A stretch of DNA of 64,000 nucleotides from a virus, in the IMG/VR virus record IMGVR_UViG_3300009553_000019, positions 88,627 to 152,626 of that record; one strand, given 5' to 3'. A model generated the notes under the pieces. The model was not told the DNA's origin. It worked only from the letters and a program-made list of their open reading frames with translations, and did no database searches. Each line of letters opens with the position of its first letter. The stretch's first letter is position 1. Below are positions 60,244 through 64,000 of this stretch, in pieces. Made by a program: the position numbers and the translations under genes.

Positions 60244-60895
60244 TTGGTTGAAAGATTTTGAGGAGATGTTTCCTGAGCACTATAACTTGTCAAAAAAGAA
60301 CAAGTCTAGGTCTAAGAAAGTAGCTTATTTCCAACAAATATCGACTTCAGAAGACGATCCACTAAGAGTTGACTGGATCGATGAGGCTACGATTGATTAC
60401 GTTGGTGGGTTGGGGATTACCATCCTACCGGGTCGGAAAGACAGCGGGATGGGACTGTTTAGGTATAAGAGGGATCTGATCCAAGACATTCGTCAGCTGA
60501 AGCAAGACGGAGTCAATACTCTCGTAAGCCTTGTTGAGGGTGAAGAAATAAAATGGGCAGTGAAGACTAGAGCTGTCGAATTCTTTAACCAAATCAGAAA
60601 AGTAGGGATTAATCCGGTTTGGTACCCAATCATTGACATGCATGCTCCTCACCCGAAGAATATTCGACCTGTTATCCAGCAATTGGTACAACAGATTCGT
60701 AGTGGGAAGAAGGTCGTAGTTCATTGCAGAGGAGGGTTAGGTCGAGCTGGAACTGTTGTTGGAGCAATATTGATAGAGATGGGCTACGATCCAGATTTTT
60801 CTGTTGATGCTGTTAGAGGTGCTAGGCCTGGTGCTATTCAAACTCAAAGTCAAGAAAAGTTTCTTGACAAATACTGGGACCTCTGCTGCAAGTAA
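60236..60895 (+). CDS. dual-specificity/CDKN3-like cysteine phosphatase
   Basis: VHCRGGLGRAG P-loop; RPGAIQT..Q. Confidence 0.9.
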   Translation: MDDWLKDFEEMFPEHYNLSKKNKSRSKKVAYFQQISTSEDDPLRVDWIDEATIDYVGGLGITILPGRKDSGMGLFRYKRDLIQDIRQLKQDGVNTLVSLVEGEEIKWAVKTRAVEFFNQIRKVGINPVWYPIIDMHAPHPKNIRPVIQQLVQQIRSGKKVVVHCRGGLGRAGTVVGAILIEMGYDPDFSVDAVRGARPGAIQTQSQEKFLDKYWDLCCK

Positions 60896-60944
60896 GCTGT
60901 TAGAATCGTCGTAATCTAACTTATCATTTGAGTCAAGGGAAATC

Positions 60945-63074
60945 TTGACTCAAATTGACGAAATCTTTGCAAAGCTTCAGAAGTCAATTGAAGGTATTGC
61001 TAGTCAAGGTTATGTTAGTGACGAATACCTAAGCGAAGGCATAGATCTTCGACAACGTGCTCCAAATGCTATTCAGTGGGTTTCAAGACCAGAGTTCTTG
61101 AATGTCCCTAGCATTTTCAAGCATGTTCGTCAATACCAGATAATCAGAGACTACTTCCAGCTGCGATGCCCGTGTTGTAATTACGGTAAATCGGACTGCT
61201 GGGGTAAAACAGAAGAAGAGCTCAAAGCCGAAATATTGCTTGAGTGGAACAACGCAGCTGGACAGGAGATTTGTCCAAGCTGTGGTATGTCACGTACCGA
61301 ACTCTTTGCAGAAGATGCTATTGTAGAGTTCGATACTCTGATTGGTGTAGCAGGAATGCGTTCTGGTAAGTCAGTCATGGCTGGACTTATTGGAACCTTC
61401 ATGCGTCATGTGCTCATTACAATGGGCATTCAAAAACGAGGTCGACTGCACAACCTGTTGGAATTACTTCCAACGCAGAATCTGGAAATGGCTTTCGTTG
61501 CTACGACAGCAACACAAGCCATGCAGACGATTTGGGTTAATTTTTACGAGCAATGCAAGGGGTCTCCTTGGCTGAAGGCATATGTTAAGTGGGTGAAGCA
61601 AAAGGAGGCTAAGCAGGTTTGTCCCGAAGGAATGAGGCCTTGGGAGTATAAAGAGCTTGAAGACCAGATAGAAGATGGTTATTTGATGCTCAACTGCGTC
61701 AGTCTTAACAGCAACTCAGCTGGTATGGCTGGTCGTACGAGAGTTGCTTTCTTCATCGACGAGTTATCAAGATTTGGTCTTGGTGATAGTAAGATGGGAG
61801 CAGATGAGGTCTGGGCAGTGTTTGAGCACAGTCTCAAGACTGTCAAAGGTGCTCGTAAGAGGCTTGATATCAAAGAACCTTGGTTGGGTAGTGCTATCGC
61901 AATTAGCTCTCCAATGAGTATTAGCGATAAGACTATGATCCTCTATAAGCAGTCTGAAAGAATGAAAGGGATGATGGGTTTCAAATACTCAACATGGACT
62001 TTCAATCCGACTCTAACTAGAGAAGACTTTGATGTTGAGTATGATAGAGACCCTCTACTAGCAGAACGGGATTTCGGCGCTAATCCACCAAATGCTACAA
62101 ACCCACTAATTCTAGATCCAGTAAGGTTTTGGAGCTCAGTTGATAAGACTGCAGTGCCTACAGCTAAGTTTAGGACTTCTTACCCTGTCGATAAGTCCGG
62201 TAGGGAGTATGTTGGTGTTGAGCTAGATGAGGCTACTTTTGATCGTGGCAGACCTCTGTACATATTTGGAGATGCTGGCAGTACTTTCGACCAATTTGCT
62301 TTGGTGGCTTGCTCATGTATGTGGATGCCTGCCTTCTCTGAGACTACTTATGAGCTGAGAAAACGTTCTCAAGAAGCAAGGCACTTAGGTGGAACACATC
62401 CTGAAGGAAATGAGCATTTAGCAGGTGGGACATACATCAAACCTTTTGATGCTAATCAAGAAGGGGAGATGACTTTGGTAACAATTCATGAATGGTCAAT
62501 GAGAATTGTTCCTGAAATGAATAGACCTGTTTGGTTTGAATCTGTACTCGATATCTTGCGGAAGCTAAGTAAATATCGAGTCATTGCCCAGGTTGCATTC
62601 GATCGATGGAACAGTGAGTCTACTATTCAGACTCTTAGCAACATGGGCATTGCTACTCAGTTGATCAACCTACAGATGACTGATTATGTCAAGGCTGTTC
62701 AAGATGCTATGGTTGGCAGGTTGAAGTTACTACCACCTGCAGAAAAGGATCATCTAAGCATTGACGATATGGGAAGAATACAGCTTGGATCTGCTGTTCC
62801 TTCAATGACTGCTGAAGGTGTTACTTTGTATGAACTCTTGAAACTGGAGCGGGACAAAGACTTAAGAAAAGTTTTTAACCCACTGAAGGGTAAAGTTCGT
62901 GGACAGGACAGCGATGACTTAGCTGCTTGCTTAGTTGGAGCTCATCGTTTAATTCAAGAGAGTATTGGTAAGACTGTTCGAGGTTATAACGGAAAAGAGA
63001 TGGGCAAGGCCAAGGAAATTGGTGGAGCAGCTAATTTTGTTGGTAGGATAGCTAGATCTCGCTGGGGTAGTTAA
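60945..63074 (+). CDS. terL: terminase large subunit with N-terminal zinc-finger insert
   Basis: Walker [13 protein letters not shown], Walker B FFIDE, ISSP, RDFGA; nuclease DAG..DQFAL, FDRWNS, DSDDLA. Confidence 0.88.
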   Translation: MTQIDEIFAKLQKSIEGIASQGYVSDEYLSEGIDLRQRAPNAIQWVSRPEFLNVPSIFKHVRQYQIIRDYFQLRCPCCNYGKSDCWGKTEEELKAEILLEWNNAAGQEICPSCGMSRTELFAEDAIVEFDTLIGVAGMRSGKSVMAGLIGTFMRHVLITMGIQKRGRLHNLLELLPTQNLEMAFVATTATQAMQTIWVNFYEQCKGSPWLKAYVKWVKQKEAKQVCPEGMRPWEYKELEDQIEDGYLMLNCVSLNSNSAGMAGRTRVAFFIDELSRFGLGDSKMGADEVWAVFEHSLKTVKGARKRLDIKEPWLGSAIAISSPMSISDKTMILYKQSERMKGMMGFKYSTWTFNPTLTREDFDVEYDRDPLLAERDFGANPPNATNPLILDPVRFWSSVDKTAVPTAKFRTSYPVDKSGREYVGVELDEATFDRGRPLYIFGDAGSTFDQFALVACSCMWMPAFSETTYELRKRSQEARHLGGTHPEGNEHLAGGTYIKPFDANQEGEMTLVTIHEWSMRIVPEMNRPVWFESVLDILRKLSKYRVIAQVAFDRWNSESTIQTLSNMGIATQLINLQMTDYVKAVQDAMVGRLKLLPPAEKDHLSIDDMGRIQLGSAVPSMTAEGVTLYELLKLERDKDLRKVFNPLKGKVRGQDSDDLAACLVGAHRLIQESIGKTVRGYNGKEMGKAKEIGGAANFVGRIARSRWGS

Positions 63075-64000
63075 TGGCAACGGCAAGAATTGTACTAATA
63101 GGTCAACCTCTCAATCCATTGCCAGAACATGGTCCATGGTCGCATGGTGATTATCTTGTTGACCCTGATGGAAATATTTTAGGAATTGCGACTGCTACAG
63201 TAGGCCCACAGGGTGCTACTGGACCAAGAGGAGCTACTGGACTTCAAGGCCCACAGGGTGTAACGGGTGCTACTGGACCAACGGGTCCAGCTGGAGCAAC
63301 TGGAGCTCAGGGTATTCAAGGACCACCTGGAAATATTGGTAGCACAGGTATACAAGGTGTTACGGGAGCTGGTGTAACGGGTCCACAAGGCGTAACGGGA
63401 GCTACTGGCCCAACTGGAGCAGCTGGTGTTACAGGGGCAACTGGACCTGCTGGACAACCGGGGATTACAGGCGTACAAGGTCCCCAGGGAGCAACTGGAC
63501 TTCGAGGTGCTACAGGCGTTCAGGGTCCAATGGGAGTTGGAACTGGATCTACGGGACCTCAAGGAGCTACAGGTAGCCCAGGGGCGACTGGACCAGCTGG
63601 AGCAACAGGACCTCAAGGAGCTACGGGGGTTCAGGGCGTAACAGGAACTACGGGTCCTGCTGGAGTGACTGGTCCAACAGGGCCAAGAGGGTCTACGGGT
63701 GCTACTGGAACTCAAGGGGTTACAGGTGCTACTGGACCAACAGGACCTCAAGGCGCTACTGGTCAACAAGGACCAACAGGTCCAGCAGGTGCGACTGGTG
63801 TTCAGGGACCAACTGGACCAACAGGACCAGCAGGGCAAACTGGGGTTACTGGTCCTCAGGGTAATCCAGGTGTAACAGGATCTACAGGACCTCAAGGCAA
63901 TGCTGGTGTAACAGGGCCTACTGGACCAGCTGGGGTTCAGGGCGTAACAGGTCCCACAGGCCCAGCTGGGGTTCAGGGCGTAACAGGTCCCACAGGCCCA
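63074..64000 (+). CDS. collagen-like Gly-X-Y repeat protein (fibre or decoration), truncated by window end
   Basis: [12 protein letters not shown]... then near-continuous [12 protein letters not shown] triplets; 36-bp tandem repeat 63926-63997; no stop. Confidence 0.9.
   Translation, partial: MATARIVLIGQPLNPLPEHGPWSHGDYLVDPDGNILGIATATVGPQGATGPRGATGLQGPQGVTGATGPTGPAGATGAQGIQGPPGNIGSTGIQGVTGAGVTGPQGVTGATGPTGAAGVTGATGPAGQPGITGVQGPQGATGLRGATGVQGPMGVGTGSTGPQGATGSPGATGPAGATGPQGATGVQGVTGTTGPAGVTGPTGPRGSTGATGTQGVTGATGPTGPQGATGQQGPTGPAGATGVQGPTGPTGPAGQTGVTGPQGNPGVTGSTGPQGNAGVTGPTGPAGVQGVTGPTGPAGVQGVTGPTGP

Noticed and set aside
106-61873. Minus-strand ORFs in the track (e.g. 19137-19544, 23966-24508, 29454-29831, 46098-46484)
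   Set aside because: They overlap well-supported + strand genes antisense and show no recognisable motifs.
63179-63895. 238-aa minus-strand ORF and the 63426-63641 ORF
   Set aside because: Shadow frames of the collagen Gly-X-Y repeat.
1-64000. Stop-codon reassignment (TAG or TGA recoding)
   Set aside because: Conserved enzymes are full length in code 11, and TAA, TGA and TAG all end genes at coupled junctions.

Overview
Fragment of a large (jumbo-type) tailed dsDNA phage genome. It uses the standard code and almost every gene is on the + strand with overlapping stop/start codons. About 1-18 kb is replication, recombination and nucleotide metabolism: PolA C-terminus, DnaX, SSB-like, RecA, SbcD/SbcC, MazG-like, Dcd, dNMP kinase, a probable RusA-RuvA fusion and a trigger-factor homologue, with a Tad1-like anti-Thoeris sponge inserted. 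About 18-30 kb holds large, probably virion/head-associated proteins dense in [K/R]-x-A motifs that look like protease-processed polyproteins. About 30-38 kb has two sigma factors, ThyX and a vWA protein. About 38-56 kb has small accessory genes, two structured non-coding gaps, tRNA-Arg(UCU), NusG and lysis enzymes. About 56-61 kb is an NAD+ salvage cluster (NadV, CinA-NadD-like, Nudix, phosphatase), followed by the large terminase and a collagen-like fibre gene that runs off the window. A 23-bp promoter-like motif ending in the start ATG occurs six times. Several small proteins resemble families I associate with Myxococcota, so that host is plausible but inferred only. All protein calls come from motif recognition by eye; no database search was run.
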